NCBI GenBank assembly: GCA_973895155.1
Contig: OZ316894.1
Span: 19,908,451 to 19,972,450 of the forward strand
DNA: 64,000 bases
DNA from: Marsupella aquatica
Lineage: Eukaryota; Plantae; Marchantiophyta
Reading direction: 5' to 3'
In this document: positions 13,361-26,100 of the stretch, piece by piece
How positions within the stretch are numbered: the first letter of the stretch is position 1
Layout: each line of letters begins with the position of its first letter
The notes under the pieces: model-generated
Database searches by the model: none
What the model was told of the DNA's origin: nothing
What the model saw: the letters and a program-made list of their open reading frames with translations, nothing else
Position numbers and translations under genes: made by a program

Positions 13361-13420
13361 GCCTTCAGCTGGCCAGGGGATGAGCCTGAAACCGAGAGGT
13401 CCCTGGTTCAGTCCCCCCTC
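13361..13420 (+). repeat. tRNA-like (SINE-head-like) degenerate sequence
   Basis: CAGCTGGCCAGGGG...CTGAAAC...GAGGTCCCTGGTTCAGTCCC gives D-loop, anticodon-loop and B-box-like spacing, but there is no intact acceptor stem. Confidence 0.3.
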
Positions 13421-15557
13421 CAGACTTAAGGGGTGTGGAGGGTATTTTTTGTGGATGAGTGGGTGGGGTGTAGTGGGAGTTCTAGTTTTTCCTCAACCCC
13501 TGGCTGGCCCGGCCCAGCTGGTTTAACCCTCAGTCTCTCCCTCCTGATCTGGTCCCGGTTGGGATCCCTGGGTATTGTCCCATTGTGGTTACCCTACATA
13601 AAATTGCATGCTCTGGAGCAAAACATCTATTCTCTATTGGATGGGTCTGCTTTTGGTATTCAAGGCAAAAAAGAAACATGTCATTTTTCTATTTTTATCT
13701 ATTATTTATCTTCAAAGGTTATGAACTGGTTCTGCATTTTTTTTTCTTGTCTTAATGTTTACTGCAATAATAATAGGTTCATAACATCATATTGAAATTG
13801 ATAGAAAACTAAGGAAATGAGGAAAGAACAGGAGAAGAAGACAAAGAAAAAGAAAAAGGAAAGCATGGGGAGAAAGAAAAAAAGACTTGTGAGGATGGAA
13901 ACTTTCCATTCCATTACTAGACAAAGAACAAGTACTTTCACCCAACAAAAGCAAGGGTGAAGCCCAAGCCAAGAGAGACAAAAATTGATCCAAAAAGAAA
14001 GATAAATTTTGAAATTGTTAGGGTAAGCAAAAGGTTGAAGGAAAAAAAGAAGGATAAGAACCAGAGAGGAAAGAGAAATAATCCAAAAGGTGAGATTGGT
14101 AGAAGAAACAGAGAATGAAAAATGTAGAAGAGCATAATCATTGAGAGAAAGGAAAAGAAAGGACGTGTAGAAATTGAATTTTCAAAAAAACAAAGGCAAA
14201 CGAAACGGATCATTGAAAGCAAACGAAAGGCAGTGATGGGTCTCTTCCTGCATTTGGGATCATGTTTCCAGGTTTGCAGCAGCAGTTTTTTGTGGGGAAA
14301 TATTTGCCAAGAACCTATCTTAAAATCAAGCTGGGAGATTATACACAGGCTAAAATTTGAAAAAGTGTCTACCATTAGCCACAATTGAATCCATGGTGGA
14401 GGGAGGGTTTACCAGAAAATACTGTACAAACTGATTATGCGCAGTGCATAACCAGGCTAAATGGTTTTTCATCGTGTAGAGTTCCTGCCCTCCTTCTACA
14501 GTAGAGGTAGGGGCCACTTTGGCCCACCTTGGGGAATTTTTAAAACACGGGAAAAACGGCTGGGTTGGAACTTTTCATTCCTTGGCAATAACTATGCACT
14601 GCTTAAATAGGAGGTGTTCATTGACTTGTGTTGTCACCCAGGACTGTGTGTAGGATAACCTGTGGCCTGGCAAGGGTTATAGGATGTAATCCTGGAGGGC
14701 AAGTCGCCCGAGGGGGTCACAGGCATGGCCCCTGAGTGGCCATGGGTTAACCTAACATCTGAGTATAGTTTTGTCTTATTTGGACCTTTAAAATTGTACC
14801 TGAATTTGATAACCGTCAACACAGGCTTGCCAAATAGGCCAAAATCTCATAAATAGCAGGCCAGGCAGGCAGGGGGCTCATAATCATTGAAATAGAATGA
14901 CAAAATGACAGGAGGGTTTGTGGGAGTGTAATTATTAAGCATTGCTTCTCAAACTATCTTATCAAACTATGCATAAGCTTCTTACTTGTTTTCTTCTTTG
15001 TATATCTGTCAAAGCTTATCTGCAGGTGAATTTGCAAATTTGAATGAGAATACAGGGAAGGTGCAAGTGGCAACCAGCTATAGATGGCAGTTTTGTATTG
15101 TAAACATGAAATGAATGTTTCAAAAGTTCACTTGGGGCTTATGCTCTGTAACTCATTCCCACTTGAGTATAATGGGCTATAACCTTCCCCGGGCTCTTCC
15201 CCTTTGTGAATTAAATCCCACTAGCCCCGATTACCCATTCTTTGAACGTGACTACAGGAGAGTAATAGAGGAGAGTACAATAAAAGTGTCAACATAATAT
15301 ATTTACTATTCACATTCTTTGAAGGTGAATGAAATGATAAAAAAATAGTCCTGCCTGGCCCCATCATATTAACAATCATATATATCATAATATACTCTTT
15401 TCTTTCCTATGCACATTATTATGGTGGGCCCTAGAGTCACTGTTTAGAGTCTTCACTCTAGAAGCCTGCAGGAAACCTCAACTCTAGCTTCCCTTTTGCC
15501 CTTTATATATAAGATTAGCCCAGCTTGGGGATGGGTTTACCTTACACAACCACCTCA

Positions 15558-15750
15558 CCCAATATAATATTAACTCTTTAGAATGAGCCGTTAAGTACAG
15601 AACCGGGAGTAGGCAAACTCCTTGTCAGTGGGTTCCAAAATCACAGATATGAAACAGTGTTTGTAAACTATTCAGCAACCCCACCCAATAGTAATATTAA
15701 CTCTTTAGGATGGCTCTCGGTCTTTGTCAGTGGGTTCCAAAATCAGAGAT
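15558..15750 (+). repeat. Diverged tandem duplication (~2 copies)
   Basis: CCCAATA(T/GT)AATATTAACTCTTTAG and TTGTCAGTGGGTTCCAAAATCA(C/G)AGAT each occur twice, in the same order. Confidence 0.7.
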
Positions 15751-18700
15751 GGGCAGACTTCGTTACCTTCTTGTCTGGAAAATCTTTGGTTTCTTTGGTT
15801 GCATCATCGTTTCCTGAGGCAGAATGGAGGAAGGAGAAAGTTGTACAGTGTGGCCTGTGGGACGAATCGTGTTTGGGTAAGCTTGTGTTTGCTCTGGATA
15901 TTGTTTTGCAGCTGCTGAACTAAACTCTATAGTGAAGTGCAGGTGAGCGAGTTCTGAATACTGAAACATTGCACATTCCCGGCACTGAGTGGTTTGACCA
16001 TCGATCGGACGTTACAGACCGTGTTCATGGACATTCGAGCTACGGTTGGAGGCTTCCGAGGCAGCTTGACCTTTCGGGAATCGATAGGAAGTTTCGAAAG
16101 GTTTTTCTAGAGGCGGAAACATTCCACAGTTCAGAGAGTTCAGTTTGATGGTTTTAGCATCGTTATGACTGAGTTGGTCAGGCCAATGTAGCTGCTTTGG
16201 AGAGTTTGAGTTTATTCTCGGCCCCTCGGCAAGCTCCAAAGTGCGCTTCGGTTGGGCAAGTTTCACTGGGGAAGATGGACATGATGACGCCAACGACCTC
16301 TTCACACACATTTGCACAGGGGTGGCGGGATTGAGCGGAATGATGGCCTTTCGCCAACTCTCTGCTTTTGCTTGCATTGTTCACAACGGAGCAGGAACCT
16401 TGCTGAGCGAATCGGTCTCTGTTTCTACAAATGCGCTGCAAAGCATAGGAGGGTGCAGGCTATGGTAAGCAGTAAAGGAGGGTTGCTAGGCTATACACGC
16501 TTGGGCTTGGCATGAGGAATCGCTACCAGATTACGAGGTTTTCGGCCAGACCTCCGAAGGTAATTGTCTGTCCCCCTCCACCGCCTGTTCTAGAATGATA
16601 ACCCAAGCTGACGTTTTGTGTTTGTGGAAGTTTCCGAATGGCAGATCGTTGATCCAGACTGTGTGCAGACCTGAATCGTGTATTTAAATTGAGTGTCAGT
16701 TTAAATTAGAGGTTCAGGCTAAATTTTGAAAAGCTCATTCGTTCTTGGATCCAATGGTTGCGCAAATTTAAATTTAACACATCTCCGACGTTCCAGAACT
16801 GACATTGTGTAGATGATGTGCGATCACCGACATTTTTGGTGAAGGCTCACCGCCTTCAATCAAGTTTATCACCACTTTACCCTAGATGGATAATACCAGA
16901 AATATCCTAGGTACTCTCATAGAAATTGGAGGAGTGGGGTATTAGCATGGAAAATTGAATCGATCATCTCAACTGACATCACGACGCCGGGGAGAGAAAT
17001 CTGCAGACCTAGCAAAATCAAATGCTTTGAGAAACCTTTCGTCAAAAGCACCTTCACGATTTGCGACAGACTGCAGGTATGCCTGTGTAGTGAGAAACAG
17101 GTGAGTGGTGTTTCATATTTTCCACTATGTATCATCTCAGTCGTAGACTTTTGTACTGTACAGAGTGTAAGTTAGGCAGTGCATTTCATGAGTGACGAGA
17201 ATCTTTTATTTCCCAGCCTCTGACAGTAGTCTTTGCAGCGCTACACAAAGCTGTTAATTCTTCGTTCCAGATGTGATACGGCCAAGTGTTATGAGAGTTA
17301 TTGAATCCAACTGTAAAGCAATGCCATCGATCTACCATCTAGCAATATAACCACGATGGTTACTTGAGCGAGGACGAACACACAGACTTTCTGAAGTACG
17401 TTGTTTTTTGCCAAAGAACTAACTCTTTTGTGTTTTCTCTGCCACCCAAATCAAGAATACCATTGAAGGCGTCCTGTTGTCAGCATCTTGCATGGAATCG
17501 AATTCGAGGACTTAATCTCGGTTGAGGTGGGATTTCGGTGAAATATGCGATATTACCGGATAGTCCTACAGTTTAGTACTGAGTTTCCCTTTCATGAGAT
17601 TGCGAATTGTTCCATCTATTGCATTACAGATCCTCATTCTCAGCGCTAGTTTACGAGGATTGAAACTACTTCTTTGTCAGAAGATTGAAAGCAATTGCTC
17701 ATCTTATGTTTTTCAACTGCCGAACAAGATCCAAAAATCCTCAGTATTATCGACATGTTTCGTTGCGCACATGTAAAATCACTTGGGTAGGACGGTGGAA
17801 TCTTAAAATAATTTCTCTAGTCACTTTTGGCTACACATATACTTTCTCGAGTCTATGGACAAAGATTGTGAGTCGTTGCAGAGAATTGGGTACTTTCGGA
17901 GAACCGTGTTCAGCGTCCCACGGTCAGACATGGACCATCCAGAGAAACTGATTACAAGAAACTTCACGAAAGACTCGAAAAGTTAAGTGGTGACCAACTA
18001 ATGTACCTCTTTCAGCATACTCCTGAGTGATCGAAATTTCAGGTGACAGAAGATGACGAACTGTTGATGAGCAAGGGACTGAGATCAAACTACCCTGTCA
18101 TGGGACGGATAAGGTGGTTTGGTCAAAGCCTTGAAAAGACTACCACTTCGTAATTGCAACGGTGAGTCTAAGGAGAATCCTCTTAAACCATACTTATCCT
18201 GAGGATCTTCAAGAACTGTTGCTGATTCAGAGAGCCCTGCAAATCCAGAAATGCTCGTCATTGTGGACTACATCTCCAAAGTGACTGTTAAGATACAGGA
18301 ACTTTAGGAGTACTTCTCATACCACTGCTAATGGCACTTCAAGAGCCTCCCTATATGTCCTCTCGGCCGAAAGGTGAGAAGCTTAATGTAAACTATTGAA
18401 CATACTCAGTCAAGGCAAAAGAAAAAAAATCGAAAATGCACACTTGACGGGTGACATTTGTGACGTTCTAATACACCTACTTGAGCAGCTCACTTGTAGA
18501 ATCCAAACGAGACTTTCATGAAACTGAAGCCTCCACACAATTAAATCTACTGCAAACTTCTTCACCAAACTGTCTAGATGTGGAAGTGATTCCTATGTCT
18601 TACACTAACTTGTCAATTAATTCTTATGACAGGTTACAAGTCAAAGTTAAGCTCATTGTTTAATCCTCCAGTAACTCTTTGAACTGACGGGTGAAAAGTA

Positions 18701-19466
18701 AACGAAATGAGCTAAACTGTTCGGATGACCGGTGGAAGTCTGTGATATGAGCGACACTGGAGCTCTGGATCAACCTTAACGCAGTAAAGGCAGCAATCTT
18801 GATTTTGCTGTTCGCATGCTGACCTCGTTGATTCAAAGAATTACAGTTCCCCACAAGTAGGCCAGGTGCATGGCTTATAACGCTAAAAGAAAATCTGTCT
18901 AGCGTTCACATCATCTGTAACCCAAACACTATATTCACTGTCTTCCGAAATCCAGACAGCTGTTCACTGGACTGAGGAGGAGTAACACTTTCTCTTCCTT
19001 CATAAAATTTCTACGCGGTTTTGTACAGAGCTTGGAGCCTTCTCACGAACACTAAACCTTGGGGGTTGGGGCTTCTATATATTTACATCCTGCAAGATGA
19101 ATCACGGACCTAAACTATCCAACAATTTGGCACGGACATCCGGTGTGATCCAAGTCCCCGTATCAGTTCTATGTCGATGTTGATCTCAAAGCTTCTCGCG
19201 CAGTAGAGAGCTTTCAGTTCTGCTGCATGACCACAGACTACGAAATGCTCCTTTCCAAGCCTTAAAAGAGATGGCAACTCACCAACGATGAAGCCTGGCT
19301 CTGGCTATTCGACAATCGCAAGTGACTCATCCATAACGTGACGCATCCATTTGAAAAGGATAACTGGGAAGGCGTCACCTGAACGGATACACAATACCAA
19401 CCATGTACGATTGTGCGCGTCAGGACCTTGAATTACATACACTATGGTACGTCCAACTCCAAAGAG

Positions 19467-20669
19467 TCAAGAGACGTTACATATGAGTTTCCCACTGATG
19501 AAACCCCTACACGTAGGGCACGTGTTCGCCCTTTCTTGGTGCTTTTGGAGGCACGAGGAGCAGAAATGGAGGTGCAGGCAACTGAAAACCAGCGTATCTC
19601 GAGGATTATCGAAGCATATATTGCACAGACTTTTCTCCCTTTCATGCCCAAGCTCAATTTTCAATGTGTCCAGTTGATTCTCAAGCATGCTATTCTCATC
19701 GAGCACGAGGGACATTTGCCGCGGAAATTCGCTCTGTAGCTCAAATAATTGCTGCTGCATGTTGTTTTTTTCATCGAGCACGCGGGACAGTTGTCGGGGG
19801 AATTCGCTCTGAAGCTCCTTCAGATCTCGTTGCAACTTATTCCTCTCTTCAAGCACATCCGAGAGCAACTTCGGATATTTCATCTGCAACTCGAGCAGGT
19901 CCGTCTGGAGTTTATTCTTTTCATCCAGCATGAGAGTCAGTTTTCGCTCACAGTCCTGGTGCGTCTGCAGAATCGTCGCGATTGCCGTCTCAATTTCCGA
20001 GACTTGACCCTGCTGACTATTTTGCTCTGCTGCACCCATTCGGACCTCCAATGGTTCCATATCTTCGAAACCGGGTACAGTACGTTTTGTATTGAATGCC
20101 TCCGTGAAAGCTACGTCTAGCAACCCCCGGCTTACCCTGCGCTTTACTTCGGAACGACTGTAACGTGGATTACCTCCTCCACGTGACGAGAACTCTATTT
20201 CAGATTGCACCAATATCAGGGTCCGCTCGGGGACTCGACAAGCTGCGAGAGTCACGTTGTCTCCCAGATGTTGGCCGGTAATATCATCATCCAAATAAAA
20301 GTCTTCAGACACTATGCCTTCCTCCAAGAAAACGAAATCCTTCAATTCACCAATGGTAGCCCTCAATCCTTGCGGAAATCTCAGGGAGACGAAGCGATTG
20401 ATCGGCAGAACCTGGATGTCGATATCACAGGGCGTCACTTCGGCCTCAAGCTTAAGATGCAGAGTCGAATCCTTGTTAATGTTGTAAGCAGCTAGAGTTT
20501 CGCGGTCATCCAGCCGCTTGCCGGATACCGAAAACAGGGATTGCCTTGCGACCAAATAATGCGTCTTTTCTTGGATCCGCTCCTTTATTGCAGCAATCTT
20601 ATCCAGAGGCTCGACCATCAACGTGATAATCGACTTATTTTTTATGGGCAGTTTCACAAAGATGAACAT
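19467..20669 (-). CDS. Putative E3 ubiquitin ligase: two N-terminal ubiquitin-like domains, 25-aa coiled-coil repeats and a C-terminal C3HC4 RING
   Basis: ATG at 20669; 400 aa. MFIFVKLP...IITLMVEPLDKIAAIKERIQEK...GKRLDDRETLAAYNINKDSTLHL is ubiquitin-like. A second, more diverged UBL follows (ATIGELKDFVFLEEGI...GQHLGDNVTLAACRV). RING is CNICFDNPRDTLVFSCLHLHFCSSCLQKHQERANTCPTCRGFI. Confidence 0.85.
   Translation of the reverse strand: MFIFVKLPIKNKSIITLMVEPLDKIAAIKERIQEKTHYLVARQSLFSVSGKRLDDRETLAAYNINKDSTLHLKLEAEVTPCDIDIQVLPINRFVSLRFPQGLRATIGELKDFVFLEEGIVSEDFYLDDDITGQHLGDNVTLAACRVPERTLILVQSEIEFSSRGGGNPRYSRSEVKRRVSRGLLDVAFTEAFNTKRTVPGFEDMEPLEVRMGAAEQNSQQGQVSEIETAIATILQTHQDCERKLTLMLDEKNKLQTDLLELQMKYPKLLSDVLEERNKLQRDLKELQSEFPRQLSRVLDEKNNMQQQLFELQSEFPRQMSLVLDENSMLENQLDTLKIELGHEREKSLCNICFDNPRDTLVFSCLHLHFCSSCLQKHQERANTCPTCRGFISGKLICNVS
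19670..19935 (-). repeat. 75-bp (25-aa) coding tandem repeat, ~3.5 copies, predicted coiled coil
   Basis: MLDEKNKLQTDLLELQMKYPKLLSD / VLEERNKLQRDLKELQSEFPRQLSR / VLDEKNNMQQQLFELQSEFPRQMSL / VLDENSMLENQL. Confidence 0.85.
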
Positions 20670-21756
20670 CTGTTCGCTGCACAAACCGTCAGATTTTAGC
20701 ACACGTCAACAATCAGTCAACTCACAAGCGTTCGTCAAACTTTTGAGTTCACGAGTTCAATCGTCAAGAGCAAATAAGTCCACTTTTTTTCAATTTCTAT
20801 TCACAATTGGAGAAACCAGATGGACTGAGAGCGTTTTTGGTGATGAGAACTCAAAGTACAGGCGACATCCAACAATAAAAACAATAGTGCAATTGTGTGC
20901 CTGCCAAGGGGCTTCGTGTGCATAGTATTTCAATCTGAATTATTTACTAGATGGACAAAAAGAAAACGTACGAGGGGCTCGAAATCCGTTTGCTGCTCAG
21001 CATGAATTTCTGAGTTATATGAGCCAGCCTTTTGAAGTCCATCCCGCAGCCACCAGTCTGCATCCCGCGCTCCCTGGTGCAAACGAATTAAATTGCGTAG
21101 AGGGGAGTGCTGCTGCCGCAATCCTCCCCCGTTCCTCCTCCCTCCTACGAGAAGAAGAAGAACAGCGGCAACAACAACGAGCGCAACATACTCGCGACTT
21201 TGCACGTCGCACCAAAACCTGCTCTACAATGATCGAGCGCCGCAGCTGCATCAGTCCGCCGCGCCTGAATCCTTCATCCATCTTTTCTCCTCTGCCGCCA
21301 TCGTTGTTGTCGTTCTTTCCTCTGCACGGATCATAATTCCACGTCTTGCATCATCTTCTGTGATAATGTCTCGTCCTCCCGCACGGAGAAGATTTGCACC
21401 CTACCTCCGACGTGGTGGGTTCCATTGGCTTTGCAGGATGGTCAAACGCGCTCGCGCCAGCATTTCTCGCCTCCTTTCTCTCCACGCCCTTAGTTCACGG
21501 TACGAGATCCTTTCCTGCCCATTTGGCCCCGCTCATCAGTGAGCCACTGAAACTGATTGACATGAAAGGCTCCCACATGGAAATTGGGCTTCATTGAATC
21601 AGATTTCCAAATCCAGACCAACACATGATACAAAAAAAAAGGATTTGCACCGTCCAAAACGGAATACCCTCCGTGAATCTCAAGCCACAAACCATGGAGA
21701 TCAATTCGAAACGCCAAAAGGCCGCACACGAGACAATAAACTCTGATTCTCACTCA

Positions 21757-21790
21757 TCACTCACTCACTCACTCACTCACTCACTCACTC
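21757..21790. repeat. (TCAC)n microsatellite upstream of the UBL-RING gene
   Basis: Direct reading: tcactcactcac... Confidence 0.85.
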
Positions 21791-22180
21791 CTATCATGCT
21801 CGCCTCTCTCCTTCCTGCCTCGCGAGCGTAATAAAACAGAGCACGAGCGCCCTCCAACAGCGCTGCTTTAGACGAAGATCCCACGATGCTCTGTTGTCCG
21901 CAATGTCCAATGCTCAAAGCTGCTGACGCAGAAGTGTGGAAAGTTGGCCCACCTCGAGCCCTGTCTTATTGTTCTAGCGGAGATGACGGAAGGCTTGCGC
22001 CGCATGTTGTTGTTTCTACGCCGCTACAAAGTATTTTCCCCACTTGGATTCTCTGCACTCCACCTCTCTACTTGATTGCTTGCTTCGAGCTCATCTCCCC
22101 TCTCGTCTCTATGGATGGATCGCTTGGACTGAAAATTAGCAGATTGCTTCCACAAGCTATCAAAATTATTTCCTAACTCT

Positions 22181-22768
22181 GAGATTGATTACGTTGCCAT
22201 TTTTTTAAATCTAATTTGATACGTTGCCAATTTTTGGTTGTTTATATCATTGATATGTCACTTTTTTTGCTAACTACATACTTTGCCACTTTTTTTTTGT
22301 TTAATGAGTACCTCGTCATATTTTTCCATTGCCAGTTAATGACGAGGTGCTCATTAAATACTCGTACACACTAAGTATAGTTAGCTTGAAACAATTTTGA
22401 GTCACTCACCATCTGGCCAGGTTTCACTTTTGGATGGTAGTCATTGTCCTCTACCCTAACTACAACACCCTTTCAACTGCCATCCTCCCCTTGAAGATGG
22501 TGATACTAGTCCAATGATAGAAAATTTGCGAGATGTTGACTGTTGGATCATTCCAAAGTAACCAGACTTGTTAGACTTAAACCAGGGATGAGAAAAGGTT
22601 GGAATGTGTTATTTAAACCAAAAACAGTGTCAAAGTATGTGATTCAACCAAAAAAGTGGCAAATGAGTGTAGTAAATCTCAGATGAAAATGGTGGTAATG
22701 TAATAATTAAACCAAAAGAGTGGCAGCATATGTAATTTTACAAGAAAAATGTCATTGTAGTACATCTC
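22181..22768. mobile_element. Mutator-like MITE or foldback remnant
   Basis: Left side has repeated TAC(G)TTGCCA(C)TTTTT units starting GAGATTGATTAC. Right side has complementary AAAAGTGGCA...GTA units ending GTAAATCTC (22680) or GTACATCTC (~22768). No clear TSD. Confidence 0.5.
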
Positions 22769-23098
22769 CATTTCCAAATTACCCTTAAAGTTTTAAATTT
22801 TGAAAGCCAGTTTTATACTAGGTTATCCCCAAACTTGCACAAAATTATTGCAAAAATAATTTAACCAGCCTTTGAACTCATCAAATGAATAGATTGTTGA
22901 AAAATTAATTTTACCAAATTGCTTCTGCAAGGTATCAACACTACCGTCTTAAACAGTAAAGTAATAAATTTACAAAGCCAGTCTTGCACTAGGATATCCT
23001 CAAGACCACTAAACTATTCAGGACTATTGCACTCTTAGCCCTTGCCTTATTCCCACCTTGGTCCCATGTAGGGTTATGATTCAAAACTATTTTTTAAA

Positions 23099-23122
23099 TA
23101 ATAATAATAATAATAATAATAA
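23099..23122. repeat. (AAT)n microsatellite
   Basis: Direct reading. Confidence 0.85.
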
Positions 23123-26100
23123 CAGGGTCATGCTTGGATTGCAACCTCAATAGGAAATGTCATGTGCTGATTAGAGCTGTTGCACTCTTAGCCCTCGCCC
23201 TAAATTCTCCTTTACATCCTTGATTCTATGGTCACACTTTAGAACGAAGGTCATGCTTAGTTAATTCAATAATGTATTTTCAATCCAAGCATGACCCCTA
23301 TCAAAAAAATATTAATTGACTTATATAATCACTCAATATTTTCAAAAATATATTTTCAATTCAAGTTCAAATTAAAAATAACAGTAATTCTAACATCATA
23401 GGGTCAAATTCTTCCTTGGAGCACATATGGAGCTTTCAGATGAACACCGTTTCCACATTCTACGACAATTGTGGGAGAAGAAGATGGTGTCCTTCATGAT
23501 GCCAAGGGTTTGGCGCACTCAACTCTTTTCAGTGAGATGAGGAAGAGTTTAGGGAAAACAATTTCTTCTTGGAACTATTGAGGCAAATGGCATACATCTA
23601 TGCAGTTGTCCAGGCTTTTTCACCTTCTCTTCGGTGTTTTGTTGACCAGACAATGGTTATGCTTTTGTTGACTTGTATCCAAGCAGTCAGATTTGGCTCA
23701 ATCCATGCCATGTTTTCTGCTGTCAATGTAAAATACCTTGGTACAATAGATCTCACAGTTTAAACAGCTATTGTCCTTAATCAAACTTGGAACTTGAATT
23801 GAAAATTTTCAATTCAAGTTCCCACAGATTTCACCTTTAATTGGTATAGTAGACTGGCACTGTAGGAGAAGGGAGTGAGTGGAATGTGGGAAAATGAGCG
23901 GACACTTCCCCTCATATAAGTCCAGTGGTGGTTTAAAGATGGGACCCTATTCCCAGAAGTTTGGGCTTATCTTAGGATTTGTATTCACGGCCTCCAATTC
24001 TTTTTAATAATTCCTTATCAGGCCCTTGGTTGCCTATTTGTCAGTTTTTTTTTACTTCTCTCTATCCTTTACTTGAGGGTCTTTGCCCATTCCCTTTTGG
24101 GGAGACGTAGCTTTTCTTTCCAGTTCAAGAATGTTTTGCCCACAGAGCCGTTGTACTTTCCTTTTTGTTAGAAAATTAGGGCTCCCCCCTTGCCTTCCCT
24201 GGCCAATGGCGGAGCCAGGGTCTCCCTTGTGATCTTAAAAAACATTTAATGCATGGCATGCATACATTAGAAGGTGTCAGATTTGGATTTTGGGTGGCCA
24301 TACGTAGTCTGACATACACATTTTTCCCCTGAACAGAAAGCCAGGACCAAATAGTATGCCGAGGTGACTCTCTATTTATTAAATTGCAACATCCACGGCC
24401 TTATATTCTTGATCTGACCATTAGAGAAACTTTTGCCTCCCTTTTTGGACCCAGTTCTTTGCTATCACTTTGCTATCATCTCAGTGGATTTGGCGGCAGC
24501 TCAACATGGTTGGTAGTTATCGGGAGATTTGGGGCTTGATTTACTCCCGGATCCATTGAGAGCATGTAGCACCTTTGGCATTTTTTTGGAGTGTGGCAGG
24601 GACGTTCTCATTATTACCAGATAGATTCCTTGCTGAGGATAGACCCCTAGAAGCTACCCCATCATAAAGCCCCTAGAAACATATAAAGCCCAAGTGCTAG
24701 GGGATGGTCACTTCTTGTTTTTTTAACGGAAAGCAGGGGATGGTCACTGTTGCTTGGCATTCTTGTGAGAAAAGCTCTCCTGCTAGATTATGTAAAGGTC
24801 TTTGAGTGTTCCCTTCTTGGATGCACATGCTAATTTTATTACTACTGCCCGGGCAAATTCTACAATCGAAGACTCTCTTAAACCACAACTCAATTTCAAG
24901 GGATTTCGACTAACTCTTGTAGAGGTTTCTCATAGATTGCCTCCTAAAATGAAAACGCCCAACACAATGCCGCTCCCTACATGCAGCCAAGATTGGAAAA
25001 AACAATATTTGCTCAATTCAATTCCCTTTACCTAGTACAAAAAACCAAAAGGCGACAATGAGTGAAGGTGAAGGAAGCCATAGCAATCAACTGAGTACCA
25101 TGCCTTTTGTTCTCCTCTTGCTTTCCCTACTCAAAAGTTGATAAACCTATCTCTTGAAAAACTTTGACTCAGAATCTCCTCTCTAGCCCAATGAGACAAT
25201 TAGGAAATGGTCCAACTGAATGCCCATGTGGGGCCACGCTAAGCCTAGCAATTTTGACAGAAAGCATTGTGTTTATCTATCTTCACAAGACCATAGCACG
25301 TTTTCAGCTGGGGCCACCAGTGGTAGAAAAATATCGGCACCAAAGATATCGTCAAAGTACCATCCCTTAATCACTTAAGTGGGGCCTGGTGGTAAGCTCA
25401 ATGACCAGGGGTGACCAGCAGGTGTCAAGTTCAATCCCCAACCATAGACAGCTCCGGGTCTCAGAGCATCTTGCATGAGGTTGGCCCGTCAATTTTCCAC
25501 CCTAAACCAATGGTCTGGCAGTTTATTAGCGGGAGAAGGTAGTGATTGCCTGAAGACCCTCACTAGCCAGGCTCGATGGCTTGTTAAGTGGTAAGAGGTG
25601 GGCTCGGAGGTGGGCATTGGCATCCTGAAGTTTGGAGCGTACCAATTCCCTGCAAACTGCATGTCCATGTCTAGTACATGGAAGTGATGAAGAAGGGTTT
25701 TTCCCAGCAATTTAGGGAGTTTTAAGGGCCAAAGAATTGCTACATGCAAGATAACTCTCAGCTGTGGTGTGGCAGTGGGTCCTGATTCTGCATGCAACCT
25801 GGTTCTGGTCCAAGCCGTCATGCTCCCAACGGCATCTGTCGAAGAAAGTTAAATGAAACAACACAAAACTCAAAATTTAAGCGTTCCCTGCTTCCAAGCC
25901 AGTTGACTGGGTTGCTCAAGGGCAATGCCCATTGAAAGACCCTTGTTTAACTAAGGTAAATAATCCCATAGAGGGAGATTCTTCAGGTTGTGATATGTTT
26001 GGGTTTGGTACGTGGGGTCTATTGGGTGCTTGGGAAGGGTGTATTCCTTTCCCTAATTGGTCGAGATGTACTTTTAGCAGGCAAGTGTGGTTATCAAGGG

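Noticed and set aside
13740-14384. Hydrophobic Phe/Leu-rich ORFs on the minus strand
   Set aside because: Result of an A/G-rich low-complexity tract; no family motifs.
20930-21600. Overlapping GC-rich ORFs
   Set aside because: Low-complexity composition fits the 5' UTR or leader of the UBL-RING gene better than a CDS.
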